Assembly: GCA_904502155.1 (NCBI GenBank)
Contig: CAJGDV010000001.1
Coordinates: 1-59,632, forward strand
DNA length: 59,632 bases
Direction: 5' to 3'
Source: an uncultured Bacilli bacterium
Lineage (GTDB): Bacteria > Bacillota_I > Bacilli_A > RF39 > UBA660
The translations under genes and the position numbers were made by a program. Positions 21,708 to 32,227 of this stretch are shown piece by piece. The notes under the pieces are model-generated. The model saw only the letters and a program-made list of their open reading frames with translations. It did not search any database and was not told the origin of the DNA. How positions within the stretch are numbered: the stretch's first letter is position 1; every line of letters begins with the position of its first letter.

Positions 21708-22076
21708 ATGATTCAACAAGAAAGCCGTTTAAAAGTAGCAGACAATTCAGGTGCTCGTGAACTTTCAGTTATTAGAGTACTTGGAGGAAGTAAAGTTAAA
21801 ACTGGTAATATTGGTGATATAGTTGTTGGAACTATTAAAAAAGCAACTCCTAATGGTACTGTAGGTAAAGGTAAAGTTGTTAAAGCTGTAATAGTTCGTA
21901 GCAAATTTGGTCTTAGAAGAGAAGATGGATCTTATATTAAGTTTGATGATAATGCTTGCGTTATTATTAAAGATGATAAGAGTCCAATTGGAACTCGTGT
22001 ATTCGGACCAATCGCACGTGAATTACGTGAAAAAGATTTTATGAAAATTATATCACTTGCAAAAGAAGTGTTATAG
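21708..22076 (+). CDS. rplN: 50S ribosomal protein L14
   Basis: [16 protein letters not shown]. Confidence 0.98.
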   Translation: MIQQESRLKVADNSGARELSVIRVLGGSKVKTGNIGDIVVGTIKKATPNGTVGKGKVVKAVIVRSKFGLRREDGSYIKFDDNACVIIKDDKSPIGTRVFGPIARELREKDFMKIISLAKEVL

Positions 22077-22091
22077 TTGGGAGGTAAGTTT

Positions 22092-22400
22092 ATGAACTTT
22101 AAAACTGGAGATAAAGTTGTAGTAATTGCTGGAAAAGACAAAGGTAAAGAAGGTAAAATTACTAAAGTTCTTCGTAACGAAAATAGAATCGTTATCGAAG
22201 GTGTTAACGTTGTAAAAAAACATGTTAAAGGTAATGGACAAGCTGCAGGAAGTATCGTAGAAATGGAAGCCCCAATTAATGCTTCTAATGCTATGATAGT
22301 AGATCCAAAAACTGGAAAACCAAGCAGAATTGGACATACAATAGATAAAAATGGTAAAAAAGTAAGAGTTGCTAAAAAATCTAACTCTACTATTGATTAA
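22092..22400 (+). CDS. rplX: 50S ribosomal protein L24
   Basis: [17 protein letters not shown] motif. ATG 22092 with GGAGG RBS preferred over TTG 22077. Confidence 0.96.
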   Translation: MNFKTGDKVVVIAGKDKGKEGKITKVLRNENRIVIEGVNVVKKHVKGNGQAAGSIVEMEAPINASNAMIVDPKTGKPSRIGHTIDKNGKKVRVAKKSNSTID

Positions 22401-22417
22401 TTGGAAGGAGGGTAATT

Positions 22418-22957
22418 ATGAACCGCCTAAAAGAAAAATATAATAATGAAATTGTACCAAGTTTAAGAGAAAAATATAACTACGCTAGTGTTATGGAAGT
22501 TCCAAAATTAGAAAAAATAGTTGTAAATATGGGTGTTGGTGATGCAACAACTAATTCTAAATTATTAGATGCAGCTATGAAAGACTTAGAAACTATTACT
22601 GGACAAAAAGCTGTAGCTACTAAAGCTAAAAAAGCTATCGCTGGATTCAAAGTAAGAGAAGGACAAGCAATCGGATGTAAAGTTACATTACGTGGTGAAA
22701 ATATGTACAACTTCTTAGATAAATTAATTAGTATTACATTACCTCGTGTAAGAGACTTCCGTGGTGTTTCAAATAAATCATTCGATGGAAGAGGAAACTA
22801 CACATTAGGTTTAAATGAACAATTAATTTTCTCAGAAATAGTATATGATGATGTTGTTAAAGTACGTGGTATGGATATCGTTATGGTAACTACTGCTAAA
22901 ACAAATGAAGAAGCGTACGATCTTTTAAAAGGTTTTGGTATGCCATTTAAAAAATAA
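22418..22957 (+). CDS. rplE: 50S ribosomal protein L5
   Basis: Typical uL5 sequence and position. Confidence 0.98.
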   Translation: MNRLKEKYNNEIVPSLREKYNYASVMEVPKLEKIVVNMGVGDATTNSKLLDAAMKDLETITGQKAVATKAKKAIAGFKVREGQAIGCKVTLRGENMYNFLDKLISITLPRVRDFRGVSNKSFDGRGNYTLGLNEQLIFSEIVYDDVVKVRGMDIVMVTTAKTNEEAYDLLKGFGMPFKK

Positions 22958-22988
22958 TATTTAAATTAAATTAATAGGAGGAAATATT

Positions 22989-23174
22989 ATGGCTAAAAAA
23001 AGTATGATAGCAAAAGCTAATCGTAAACCAAAGTTTAAAGTACGTGAATACACTCGTTGTCAAAGATGTGGAAGACCACATGCTGTACTTAAAAAATATG
23101 GAATTTGCCGTATTTGTTTTAGAGAATTAGCTTATAAAGGACAAATACCAGGTGTTAGAAAATCTAGCTGGTAA
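22989..23174 (+). CDS. rpsN: 30S ribosomal protein S14, short zinc-ribbon (type Z) form
   Basis: 61 aa with CQRCGR...CRIC, i.e. four Cys. Confidence 0.97.
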   Translation: MAKKSMIAKANRKPKFKVREYTRCQRCGRPHAVLKKYGICRICFRELAYKGQIPGVRKSSW

Positions 23175-23193
23175 TTGAAGGGAGGACAAAAAT

Positions 23194-23592
23194 ATGGTAG
23201 TAACTGACCCAATCGCAGATATGCTTACAAGAATTCGTAATGCTAATCAAATGCGATATAAAGAAGTTGAAGTGCCTGCTTCAAAAATGAAGTTAGAAAT
23301 CGCTAGAATCTTAAAAGATGAAGGATTTATAGTTGATTTCAAAGTTAAGAAAAATGACGTTCAAAATATCATCGTATTAACTTTAAAATACGGAGAAAAG
23401 AAAGAACGTGTTATTACAGGTTTGAAAAGAATTTCAAAACCAGGTTTACGTGTATATGCAAAAGCTGAAGAAATTCCATCTGTACTTAATGGTTTAGGTA
23501 TCGCTATCGTGTCTACATCAAAAGGTGTTATGACAGGTAAAGAAGCTAAAAAACAATCATTAGGTGGAGAAGTATTAGCTTACATATGGTAA
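23194..23592 (+). CDS. rpsH: 30S ribosomal protein S8
   Basis: [13 protein letters not shown]. Confidence 0.98.
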   Translation: MVVTDPIADMLTRIRNANQMRYKEVEVPASKMKLEIARILKDEGFIVDFKVKKNDVQNIIVLTLKYGEKKERVITGLKRISKPGLRVYAKAEEIPSVLNGLGIAIVSTSKGVMTGKEAKKQSLGGEVLAYIW

Positions 23593-23621
23593 TAATGTAG
23601 AAAGAAAATAGGAGGATTAAT

Positions 23622-24155
23622 ATGAGTCGTATTGGAAATAGAATTATTACAATACCTGAAAATGTTACAGTATCTGTTGATGGTAATATTGTTAAAGTAA
23701 GTGGTCCTAAAGGTGAACTTTCTACTGAAATCAATAAAGACATCACAGTAAACGTAAATGGAAATGAATTAACATTAACTCGTAAAGATGATTCAGTTAA
23801 AAATTTCCATGGAACTGCTAATGCTAACATCAAAAATATGATTGTTGGTGTAACAGAAGGTTATGAAAAAAGATTAGAATCAATCGGTGTAGGGTACCGT
23901 TTCGCATTAAAAGATGGAAAATTAGTAGTAACAGCTGGTTACTCACATCCAGTTAATGTTGAAATTCCTGCAGGATTAAGTTTAGAAGTTCCAAGTAACA
24001 CAGAATTAGTTGTAAAAGGAATCGATAAATGTTTAGTAGGAGAATTTTCTGCTAACGTAAGAAAAATAAGAGAACCAGAACCTTACAAAGGTAAAGGTAT
24101 TCGTTATAAAGATGAAGTTATCCGTCGTAAAGAAGGAAAAAAAGCATCTAAATAA
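23622..24155 (+). CDS. rplF: 50S ribosomal protein L6
   Basis: MSRIGN..I.IP..V typical uL6. Confidence 0.98.
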   Translation: MSRIGNRIITIPENVTVSVDGNIVKVSGPKGELSTEINKDITVNVNGNELTLTRKDDSVKNFHGTANANIKNMIVGVTEGYEKRLESIGVGYRFALKDGKLVVTAGYSHPVNVEIPAGLSLEVPSNTELVVKGIDKCLVGEFSANVRKIREPEPYKGKGIRYKDEVIRRKEGKKASK

Positions 24156-24180
24156 TAAAAAGTAAAGGAGAGTAATACTT

Positions 24181-24543
24181 ATGATTAAAAAAGTAGCTCG
24201 TAACGAAATGCGTAAAGCTAGACATGCTCGTATCAGAGAAAAAGTTACAGGTACTACAAATGTACCAAGACTTAATGTGTTTAGATCAAACAATAATATT
24301 TTTGCTCAAATCATTGATGATGAAAAAGCTGTAACTTTAGTAAGTGCCTCTTCAATTGATAAAGAATTAAAAATTGAAAATGGTGGAAATATTGAAGCTG
24401 CTACAAAAGTAGGAGAATTAATTGCTAAAAGAGCTAAAAAAGCAAAAATTGAAAAAGTAACTTTCGATAGAGGTGGATACCTATATCATGGACGTGTTAA
24501 AGCTTTAGCTGAAGCTGCACGTGCAAATGGATTAGAATTCTAA
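24181..24543 (+). CDS. rplR: 50S ribosomal protein L18
   Basis: [30 protein letters not shown]. Confidence 0.98.
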   Translation: MIKKVARNEMRKARHARIREKVTGTTNVPRLNVFRSNNNIFAQIIDDEKAVTLVSASSIDKELKIENGGNIEAATKVGELIAKRAKKAKIEKVTFDRGGYLYHGRVKALAEAARANGLEF

Positions 24544-24557
24544 GAGGAGGAATCTAG

Positions 24558-25070
24558 ATGGAAAAGGAAACTAGAAGAAGAGAACCAAGACCAAAAATGT
24601 TCGAAACTGAAATCATTAACATTGGTCGTGTTACAAAAGTAACAAAAGGTGGTCGTCATTTCCGTTTCTCTGCTACAGTAGCTGTTGGAGATAGAAAAGG
24701 TCAAGTTGGTATTGGAACTGGTAAAGCAAATGAAGTACCAGATGCAATTAAAAAGGCTGAACAAGCTGCAACAAAAAATGTAGTTAGAGTATCAATCGTT
24801 GATAATAGAACAATCCCACACGAAGCAATCGGTGTTAGAGGAGCAAGTAAAGTTATGTTAAAACCTGCTGCTCAAGGTACAGGAGTTAAAGCTGGTGGAC
24901 CAGTTCGTGCTGTACTTGAATTAGCTGGTGTAAAAGATATCTTATCAAAATCACTTGGATCAAATACAAAAATTAATATGGCATTCGCAACATTAGAAGC
25001 TTTAAAAGTTCAAAAAACTGTAGAAGAAGTTGCAAAATTACGTGGTAAGAAAGTTGAGGATTTAATCTAA
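24558..25070 (+). CDS. rpsE: 30S ribosomal protein S5
   Basis: [23 protein letters not shown]. Confidence 0.98.
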   Translation: MEKETRRREPRPKMFETEIINIGRVTKVTKGGRHFRFSATVAVGDRKGQVGIGTGKANEVPDAIKKAEQAATKNVVRVSIVDNRTIPHEAIGVRGASKVMLKPAAQGTGVKAGGPVRAVLELAGVKDILSKSLGSNTKINMAFATLEALKVQKTVEEVAKLRGKKVEDLI

Positions 25071-25513
25071 TGAAATTACATACAATGTATCCTGCTGAAG
25101 GTGCTACAAAAACTCGTAAAAGAGTTGGACGTGGTGTTGGATCAGGTTTAGGTAAAACAAGTGGTAGAGGAGAAAACGGGCAAAAATCAAGAAGTGGTTA
25201 TAGCCACAAAGCTGGATTCGAAGGTGGACAATTACCTTTATTCAGAAGATTACCAAAAAGAGGTTTCTCTAACGCTAAATTCAAAACTGAATATGCTGTA
25301 ATTAATTTAAGTGATTTAAATAAATTTGATAATGATGCTGTAGTTACTCCAGAATTATTAAAAGAAATGGGATTAGTAAAAAATCAATTAGATGGTATTA
25401 AAGTACTAGGAAATGGTAAATTAGAAAAAAAATTAACAGTAAAAGCTCACAAATTCTCAGGTGAAGCTAAAACTCAAATAGAAAAATTAGGTGGAAAAGC
25501 AGAGGTGATCTAA
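25070..25513 (+). CDS. rplO: 50S ribosomal protein L15
   Basis: KRVGRG.GSG.GKT.GRG..GQK.R. The start shares one base with the rpsE stop, so there is no room for rpmD. Confidence 0.98.
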   Translation: MKLHTMYPAEGATKTRKRVGRGVGSGLGKTSGRGENGQKSRSGYSHKAGFEGGQLPLFRRLPKRGFSNAKFKTEYAVINLSDLNKFDNDAVVTPELLKEMGLVKNQLDGIKVLGNGKLEKKLTVKAHKFSGEAKTQIEKLGGKAEVI

Positions 25514-25514
25514 A

Positions 25515-26786
25515 ATGTTTGCAACAGTAAAGCAAATATTTAATCGCAAGAATAAAGATCTTCAAAAGAAAATTTTATTTACTTTTGCTGCTTTATTTAT
25601 CTTCAAATTAGGAACTGCAATTATTGTTCCTGGAATTGATAAAAATTCACTAACTGGTAATTTAGGATTTTTAGAATTAATGAATGCTATGGGTGGTGGA
25701 GCAATGGAGAGATTCTCAATATTTGCTCTTGGTGTTATGCCATATATTACTGCATCAATCATTATTCAATTGTTATCAATGGATATTATTCCATATTTAT
25801 CCGAATTATCAAAACAAGGTGCAACAGGTAGAAACAAGATGAATCAAATTACAAGAATTGCTGGAATTGTATTAGCATTTATTCAAGGATATATTTATTC
25901 ATTTACATATGTAAGTGGTAATACTCCTATTGAATATATTGAATTCGCATTAATTCTTACAGCTGGAACTTCATTCCTATTATGGCTTGGAGATCAAATA
26001 ACTGCAAAAGGTATTGGTAATGGTATCTCATTAATAATTATGGCTGGTATTATTGCTAACTTACCTACAATGTTTGTTACAGCATGGGATAATTTAGTTG
26101 ACTTAAGTGGTACAACTCAATCTATTTCATTAGGTGTTACAATGTTTGTGTTATTCATAGCAGTATATATTGCAATCGTTTTAGGAATTATATATGAAGA
26201 AACAGCAGAAAGAAGAATTCCAATTCAATATGCTAACAAAACTACAAGTAGTTATGGTGGACAACAAAGTTACATTCCATTCAGATTAAATTCTGCAGGA
26301 GTGGTACCTGTTATCTTTGCATCAGCACTTATTTCAATTCCATCAATTATTGCTTCATTTCTAAAAAATGATGCGATGACAATGTTTTTAAATAAATGGA
26401 TAGTAATGACTACTCCAACTGGATTAATATTATATGTAGTATGTATATTTGCATTCTCATACTTTTATACATTCATACAATTAAAACCAGAAGAATTAGC
26501 TGATAACTTAAATAAAAATGGTGGATTTATTCCAGGTGTTAGACCAGGAGAAGAAACTGTTTCATATATATCAAAAATAATTAAAAGAATCACTTTTGTA
26601 GGTGCTTTAGCACTTGCTGTAATAGCTGCACTTCCAGTACTATTTGGGATGTTCTCAAATATGCCAACAAGTGTTACAATCGGTGGTACTGGATTATTAA
26701 TCGTTGTTGGTGTAGCTTTAGAAACGTATAAATTTATAGAAAGTCAACTTATGAGTCGAACAACTAGAAGGGGCAGAAGAAAATAA
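25515..26786 (+). CDS. secY: preprotein translocase subunit SecY
   Basis: Ten-TM protein with typical SecY motifs (GVMPYITASII, GGFIPG.RPG). Confidence 0.98.
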   Translation: MFATVKQIFNRKNKDLQKKILFTFAALFIFKLGTAIIVPGIDKNSLTGNLGFLELMNAMGGGAMERFSIFALGVMPYITASIIIQLLSMDIIPYLSELSKQGATGRNKMNQITRIAGIVLAFIQGYIYSFTYVSGNTPIEYIEFALILTAGTSFLLWLGDQITAKGIGNGISLIIMAGIIANLPTMFVTAWDNLVDLSGTTQSISLGVTMFVLFIAVYIAIVLGIIYEETAERRIPIQYANKTTSSYGGQQSYIPFRLNSAGVVPVIFASALISIPSIIASFLKNDAMTMFLNKWIVMTTPTGLILYVVCIFAFSYFYTFIQLKPEELADNLNKNGGFIPGVRPGEETVSYISKIIKRITFVGALALAVIAALPVLFGMFSNMPTSVTIGGTGLLIVVGVALETYKFIESQLMSRTTRRGRRK

Positions 26787-27445
26787 TGAAAAACATTATA
26801 TTCATTGCTCCTCCAGCGGCTGGTAAGGGGACTCAAGCTGTTATGGTTAGTTCAAAATATAATGTTCCTCATATTTCAACTGGCGACATTTTAAGAAATG
26901 CTGCTACTGAAGATTCAGAAAGAGGAAGATACATTGCTAATGAAATATCTAATGGACGTTTTGTTAGTAGTGACATTATGCTTGAACTAATAACAGAAAG
27001 ATTACAACGAAGTGATTGTAATAATGGTTATATTTTAGATGGTTTTCCACGTAGTTTAGAACAAGCTGAACAATATGAAGAAATTCTTAAAAAATTAAAT
27101 AAAGAAATTGGCTACGTCATTGTAATGGATGTAGACAAAGAGGTTGCTAAAAATCGTATTGTTGGAAGAATATCTTGTCCTAAATGTGGAAGCGTATTCA
27201 ATGAAAATATTGAAGTATCAAAACCTAAAATTGAAGGAGTTTGTGACAGATGTCAAACAACTTTAGTTAAAAGAAGTGATGATAACGCTGAAACTTTTGA
27301 TGGAAGATTTCAAACTTATCTAGAAAAAACAAAACCACTAATAGACTATTATGAAAAACAAAATGTCCTATATCATGTTAATAGTGATTTAGGAAAAGAA
27401 AATACTTTTGAACAAATAGAAAATATTATAGCAAGCTCACTATAA
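26786..27445 (+). CDS. adk: adenylate kinase (zinc-lid type)
   Basis: PPAAGKGTQ P-loop, lid CPKCG...CDRC. Confidence 0.96.
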   Translation: MKNIIFIAPPAAGKGTQAVMVSSKYNVPHISTGDILRNAATEDSERGRYIANEISNGRFVSSDIMLELITERLQRSDCNNGYILDGFPRSLEQAEQYEEILKKLNKEIGYVIVMDVDKEVAKNRIVGRISCPKCGSVFNENIEVSKPKIEGVCDRCQTTLVKRSDDNAETFDGRFQTYLEKTKPLIDYYEKQNVLYHVNSDLGKENTFEQIENIIASSL

Positions 27446-27550
27446 TAGCATCAATTATTCCAGCATTTATGGAATATAGGGGCGATACTTTACTTGATTA
27501 TATTTACTAGTTAGATCGCTTACTAAGACATTATTGTAAATGCATTTCAT

Positions 27551-27590
27551 GGTTAAAGAATTCCAATTTTATTATTGGAATTCGATAACC
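27551..27590 (+). other. strong stem-loop in the adk-infA spacer, no U-tract
   Basis: Perfect 10-bp stem gaattccaat / attggaattc extended by ggtta / taacc, loop tttatt. Confidence 0.6.
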
Positions 27591-27708
27591 ACATTTATAA
27601 AAATCATGATATAATGTCTATAGATATGTTACATTAATTTAATTTTATCAAGTTTTCTATTTTTGAGAGAAATGTAACTATGCTAAAAATAAAAAAAGAG
27701 GTGATTTT

Positions 27709-27924
27709 ATGGCTAAAACAGATACAATCGAAGTTCAAGGAAAAGTTATTGAGGTAAAGCCTGGAGGTATTTTCAAGGTAGAATTAGAAAATAAACATAC
27801 TGTAGAAGCTCACGTTTCTGGTAAAATCCGAATGAATTATATTCGCATCTTACCAGGTGATACAGTAACTGTGGAACTTTCACCATATGATTTAACACGT
27901 GGGCGCATAACTTACCGAAAATAA
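27709..27924 (+). CDS. infA: translation initiation factor IF-1
   Basis: S1-like; [35 protein letters not shown]. Confidence 0.97.
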   Translation: MAKTDTIEVQGKVIEVKPGGIFKVELENKHTVEAHVSGKIRMNYIRILPGDTVTVELSPYDLTRGRITYRK

Positions 27925-27941
27925 TAGTAGGAGGAATAGAT

Positions 27942-28055
27942 ATGAAAGTAAGAGCATCAGTTAAAAAAATGTGCGACAAATGTAAAATAATAAGACGTAA
28001 TGGAAGAATAGAAGTTAGATGTGTTAATCCAAAACATAATCAAAGACAAGGTTAA
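27942..28055 (+). CDS. rpmJ: 50S ribosomal protein L36 (not in the ORF track because it is only 37 aa)
   Basis: Hand translation: [45 protein letters not shown]. Confidence 0.93.
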   Translation: MKVRASVKKMCDKCKIIRRNGRIEVRCVNPKHNQRQG

Positions 28056-28069
28056 TAGGAGGTGTTTGA

Positions 28070-28435
28070 ATGGCACGTATTAAAGGTGTAGATATACCTA
28101 ATAATAAAAGAGTTGAAATCGCTTTAACTTATATTTACGGGATCGGAAGAAGTTTATCTCAAACTATCTTAAAAGATGCAAAAGTTGATTTCAATAAAAA
28201 AGCTGGAGAACTTGATAATGATGAATTAGCAAGAATCCGTGATGAAGTTAATAAATACTTAACAGAAGGTGACTTACGCCGTGAAGTAAGTATGAACATC
28301 AAAACTAAAATGGAAATTAATTCTTACCAAGGAACTAGACATAAAAAAGGACTTCCTGTAAGAGGTCAAAGAACAAATAGAAATGCTAGAACTCGTAAAG
28401 GTAAAGGAAAAGTAGTTGCTAATAAGAAAAAATAA
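28070..28435 (+). CDS. rpsM: 30S ribosomal protein S13
   Basis: [20 protein letters not shown]. Confidence 0.98.
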   Translation: MARIKGVDIPNNKRVEIALTYIYGIGRSLSQTILKDAKVDFNKKAGELDNDELARIRDEVNKYLTEGDLRREVSMNIKTKMEINSYQGTRHKKGLPVRGQRTNRNARTRKGKGKVVANKKK

Positions 28436-28466
28436 TTGTAACTAAATTATAAGGAGGTTATATAAT

Positions 28467-28850
28467 ATGGCTTATAAACCAAGAAAACGTAAAGTTAAAA
28501 AGAATGTGCCAGAAGGTAAAGCATTTATCCATTCAACTTTTAACAATACTATTGTTACTATAAGTGATAACGATGGTAATGCTATCAGTTGGGCTTCTGC
28601 TGGTACTTTAGGATTTAAAGGAAGTAAAAAATCAACTCCATTCGCAGCTGGTATGTCAGCTGAAGCTGCTGGAAAAGCTGCAGTAGATATGGGTATGAAA
28701 AAAGTTGAAGTATTTGTAAAAGGTTTAGGTTCAGGACGTGAAACAGCTATCCGTTCTTTACAAACTGCAGGTTTAGAAATTACTTCAATTTCTGATGTAA
28801 CGCCTATCCCACATAATGGATGTCGTCCACCAAAACGTCCACGTGGATAA
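28467..28850 (+). CDS. rpsK: 30S ribosomal protein S11
   Basis: [20 protein letters not shown]. Confidence 0.98.
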   Translation: MAYKPRKRKVKKNVPEGKAFIHSTFNNTIVTISDNDGNAISWASAGTLGFKGSKKSTPFAAGMSAEAAGKAAVDMGMKKVEVFVKGLGSGRETAIRSLQTAGLEITSISDVTPIPHNGCRPPKRPRG

Positions 28851-28871
28851 TATGAAAAGGAGTGAAGAATA

Positions 28872-29822
28872 GTGTTAAACTTTGAAAAACCAGTATTTAA
28901 GATTACTGATTATGTTGAAAATAATAATTATGGAAAATTTGAATTAGAACCTTTAGAAAGAGGTTTTGGTACAACTATAGGTAACGCTCTTAGAAGAGTA
29001 ATGTTATCAAATATGCCGGGTAGTGCTATAGTAGCAGTAAGAATTGATGGAGTTATGCATGAATTCCAAACTATCGATGGTGTAGTAGAAGATGTAACAA
29101 CTATTGTTTTAAACTTAAAAAGCGTAGTGATCAAGAAAAATGTTGAAGAAACAAAAACTGTTCGCTTATTCGCTGATAAAGAAGGAGTAGTAACTGCTGG
29201 AGACATCAAATGTGATGCTGACGTAGAAGTTATTAATCCAGATCAAGTAATCGCAACATTAGCAAAAGGTGGTAAACTTGATATGGAATTAATCGTTGCT
29301 AATGGCCGCGGTTATGTTCCAGCTAATGAAAACAAAAAATATATTGAAAATGCTAAAATTGGTTTCATTCCAATAGATGCGTTATATTCACCAATTGAAA
29401 GAATTAGCTATGAAGTTGAATCAGCTCGTGTAGGGCAAGATTCTAACTATGATAAATTAATTATGAACGTTTATACAAACGGTTCATTAAAACCTGAAGA
29501 TGCTATGAAAAAAGGTTCAGAAATTTTAATTGAACACTTTAAAATTATAGCTAAAGTAGATGATATCGAAGATATTACTGGTGTAATGTCAGCTAAACAA
29601 GAAGATAGCAAACTTAAGAAATTAGAAACATCAATTGATGACTTAGATTTCTCAGTTCGTGCTTATAACTGTTTAAAAAGAGCTAATATCAATACATTAG
29701 GTGACTTAGTAGAAAAATCAGAACTTGAAATGATGAAAATACGTAATTTAGGTAAAAAATCTTTAAAAGAAGTTATAGACAAAATTAAAGATATGGGACT
29801 TAAATTCCGTGATGAAGACTAG
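28872..29822 (+). CDS. rpoA: DNA-directed RNA polymerase alpha subunit
   Basis: GTT.GNALRR.MLS. C-terminal domain [19 protein letters not shown] start. Confidence 0.97.
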   Translation: MLNFEKPVFKITDYVENNNYGKFELEPLERGFGTTIGNALRRVMLSNMPGSAIVAVRIDGVMHEFQTIDGVVEDVTTIVLNLKSVVIKKNVEETKTVRLFADKEGVVTAGDIKCDADVEVINPDQVIATLAKGGKLDMELIVANGRGYVPANENKKYIENAKIGFIPIDALYSPIERISYEVESARVGQDSNYDKLIMNVYTNGSLKPEDAMKKGSEILIEHFKIIAKVDDIEDITGVMSAKQEDSKLKKLETSIDDLDFSVRAYNCLKRANINTLGDLVEKSELEMMKIRNLGKKSLKEVIDKIKDMGLKFRDED

Positions 29823-29839
29823 TAGTTAGGAGGAATATT

Positions 29840-30196
29840 ATGGCTTATAGAAAATTAGGACGTACTAATAAACATAGAAGAAGTATGCTTGCTAATCTAA
29901 CTAAAGATCTAATCATGAATGAAAGAATTGAAACAACTGAAACAAGAGCTAAAGAAGTTCGTAAATTTGTTGATAAAATGATCACTTATGGTAAAGATGG
30001 TTCTTTAGTAGCTCGTAGAAAAGCTTTAGCTTTCTTACAAAACGATAATACTGCTGTTCAAAAAGTTTTCAATGACTTAGCAGTTCGTTTCGCAAATAGA
30101 AATGGTGGCTACACAAGAATTTTAAAATTAACTGAACGTCGTGGAGATGACGCTTTAATGGTTATTTTAGAATTAGTTGAGGAAGATGCTAAATAA
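29840..30196 (+). CDS. rplQ: 50S ribosomal protein L17
   Basis: YRKLGR...HR..MLANL typical bL17. Confidence 0.98.
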   Translation: MAYRKLGRTNKHRRSMLANLTKDLIMNERIETTETRAKEVRKFVDKMITYGKDGSLVARRKALAFLQNDNTAVQKVFNDLAVRFANRNGGYTRILKLTERRGDDALMVILELVEEDAK

Positions 30197-30210
30197 GCAT
30201 CTTTTTATTT
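30183..30210 (+). terminator. intrinsic terminator after rplQ
   Basis: aagatgct-aaata-agcatctt followed by Ts. Confidence 0.7.
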
Positions 30211-30254
30211 TAAATAAAAATTAAATATGTTATAATATTGGTGGAGGTACTATT

Positions 30255-31403
30255 ATGGCAAAAATTGATTTTAATAATATTGATGAAAAAACAAAAGGAT
30301 ATATAAAAATAGGAATTATCATACTAGGTTTATTAGTTGGCTTTTTAATAATTTTATTAGTTGTAAAACTTTTTATTGGGTCAGTTGTACCATTTGATAA
30401 AATAGAAAATATAATGGTTAGAGCAGCAGACCAATATATGACTAAACATGAAGATAAATTTAATAAAAGCGAACCATATGAAACAATTGAATTAAATGTA
30501 AGTGATTTAGTTGTTGAAGGATATATGAAAGACTTTAGTAAATATACAGAAAAAAATGTTATGTGTAACGGTAAAGTTCTTGTAATTAGAAATGATGAAA
30601 ATGTAAGTTATATTCCAAAATTAGATTGTGGAGATGCATACAAATATAAAGAACTAGTTGAAACAATTATTGCACCAGAAAATATTGTTACAGCTGATTC
30701 TGGCTTATATAAAATCGAAACAGAAACTCCATATTACATGTTTAGAGGTGAGTATCCAGACAATTATGTAAGTTATGCCGGTTCTACATGGAGAATAATG
30801 AAAATTAATGAACAAGGAAATATACAACTTATTTCAGATGATCATAAAGTTAATAGTCCATGGGATAATAGATATAATGTTGATAAAAAAGGTATCGATG
30901 GTATTAATGAATTTGAAGGAACACAAGCATGTAGATTAAAAGATAATATTATTGGATTATATAATGATGAAGAATATATTACAAAAGAAAATAAATCTTT
31001 ATTAATTCCACAACAACTATGTATTGAAAAACGTTCATCAAAAGAATTTGATAATACTGGAAATAAAGAGTGTTCTAAAAAATCAGAATTAATGGGATTA
31101 GGTTCAATATATTTATCTGAATTTATTCAATCATCATTAGATTCTAATTGTTTAAATGCTGGTTCATGGGCATGTGCTAATTATAATTATTTAACAAAAT
31201 ATAAATATGCTTTCTGGACAATTACAGCTAATAGTGATAACTCTTATCAAGCTTATTTTGTTGATAATTTTGCTAAAGTTGGTACAACATCAAGAGGAGC
31301 ATATATTAGACTAACAGCAGTAATTAATGGTAAAATAAATTATAAATCTGGAACTGGAACTGAAACAGATCCATATATTATTGAACCAATTACAGTTAAA
31401 TAA
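30255..31403 (+). CDS. hypothetical membrane-anchored extracellular protein (7 Cys); N-terminal ectodomain paralogous to that of 42302-43687
   Basis: GGAGG RBS, one N-terminal TM helix. Shared pattern after the TM with the 461-aa protein. Ends GTGTETDPYIIEP. Confidence 0.7.
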   Translation: MAKIDFNNIDEKTKGYIKIGIIILGLLVGFLIILLVVKLFIGSVVPFDKIENIMVRAADQYMTKHEDKFNKSEPYETIELNVSDLVVEGYMKDFSKYTEKNVMCNGKVLVIRNDENVSYIPKLDCGDAYKYKELVETIIAPENIVTADSGLYKIETETPYYMFRGEYPDNYVSYAGSTWRIMKINEQGNIQLISDDHKVNSPWDNRYNVDKKGIDGINEFEGTQACRLKDNIIGLYNDEEYITKENKSLLIPQQLCIEKRSSKEFDNTGNKECSKKSELMGLGSIYLSEFIQSSLDSNCLNAGSWACANYNYLTKYKYAFWTITANSDNSYQAYFVDNFAKVGTTSRGAYIRLTAVINGKINYKSGTGTETDPYIIEPITVK

Positions 31404-31428
31404 ACCTAAAATTTTTTAGGTTTATTTT
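31402..31428 (+). terminator. intrinsic terminator
   Basis: aaacctaaa / tttaggttt stem followed by T-rich sequence. Confidence 0.65.
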
Positions 31429-31474
31429 ATTGTGTATTTAATTCATTTATTATATAATCATAATAGGTGATAGT

Positions 31475-32227
31475 ATGAAGGCAATAATAACAGGTGCAAG
31501 TTCAGGATTAGGAAAAGAATTTGCAATACAATTAAGCAAAATGGGTTATGATTTAGTATTAGTAGCTCGTAGAAAAGATAAACTAAAAGAAATTAAACAG
31601 CAACTTGAAACAAATGTAGAAATAGTCTGTCTAGATTTATCATTTCCTACAAACTGTGTTAAATTATTTAAAAAATATAGAAAAGATAATATTGATATAT
31701 TAATTAATAATGCTGGATTTGGTGTGTTTGGTACTTTTGATAAAACACCACTAGATAAAGAATTAGAAATGATAGATACAAATATTGTTGCTGTACACAC
31801 ATTAACTAAATTGTTTTTACAAAAATTTAAAAAAGATGATGCTGGTTATATAATGAATGTAGCTTCAGCAGCTGCTTTCCAACCAGGCCCTTTAATGGCC
31901 TCATATTATGCATCAAAATCTTATGTTTATAATTTAAGCGCTGCAATATGGCAAGAATTAAAAAAAGAAAAAAGTAATGTCAAAATCAGTGTATTATGTC
32001 CTGGTCCAGTTAATACTGAGTTTAATGATGTTGCTGGTGTTAAATTTGGTGTTAAAGCGCAAGAATCTAATGATGTCGTTAAATATGCTTTAAATCAAAT
32101 GTTTAAAAATAAATTAAGAATAATACCAGGATTTTATATGAGACTATTACTATTTTTAGAAAAATTTGTATCATATAAATCATTATTGAAAATTACATAC
32201 AATATACAAAAAAGCAAGGTGAAATAA
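31475..32227 (+). CDS. short-chain dehydrogenase/reductase (SDR)
   Basis: TGASSGLG cofactor motif, NNAG, YxxxK (YYASK). Confidence 0.88.
   Translation: MKAIITGASSGLGKEFAIQLSKMGYDLVLVARRKDKLKEIKQQLETNVEIVCLDLSFPTNCVKLFKKYRKDNIDILINNAGFGVFGTFDKTPLDKELEMIDTNIVAVHTLTKLFLQKFKKDDAGYIMNVASAAAFQPGPLMASYYASKSYVYNLSAAIWQELKKEKSNVKISVLCPGPVNTEFNDVAGVKFGVKAQESNDVVKYALNQMFKNKLRIIPGFYMRLLLFLEKFVSYKSLLKITYNIQKSKVK

Noticed and set aside
27446-27708. Possible map pseudogene remnant between adk and infA.
   Set aside because: All frames are broken by frequent stops, and no methionine-aminopeptidase-like peptide is visible. I treat it as non-coding.
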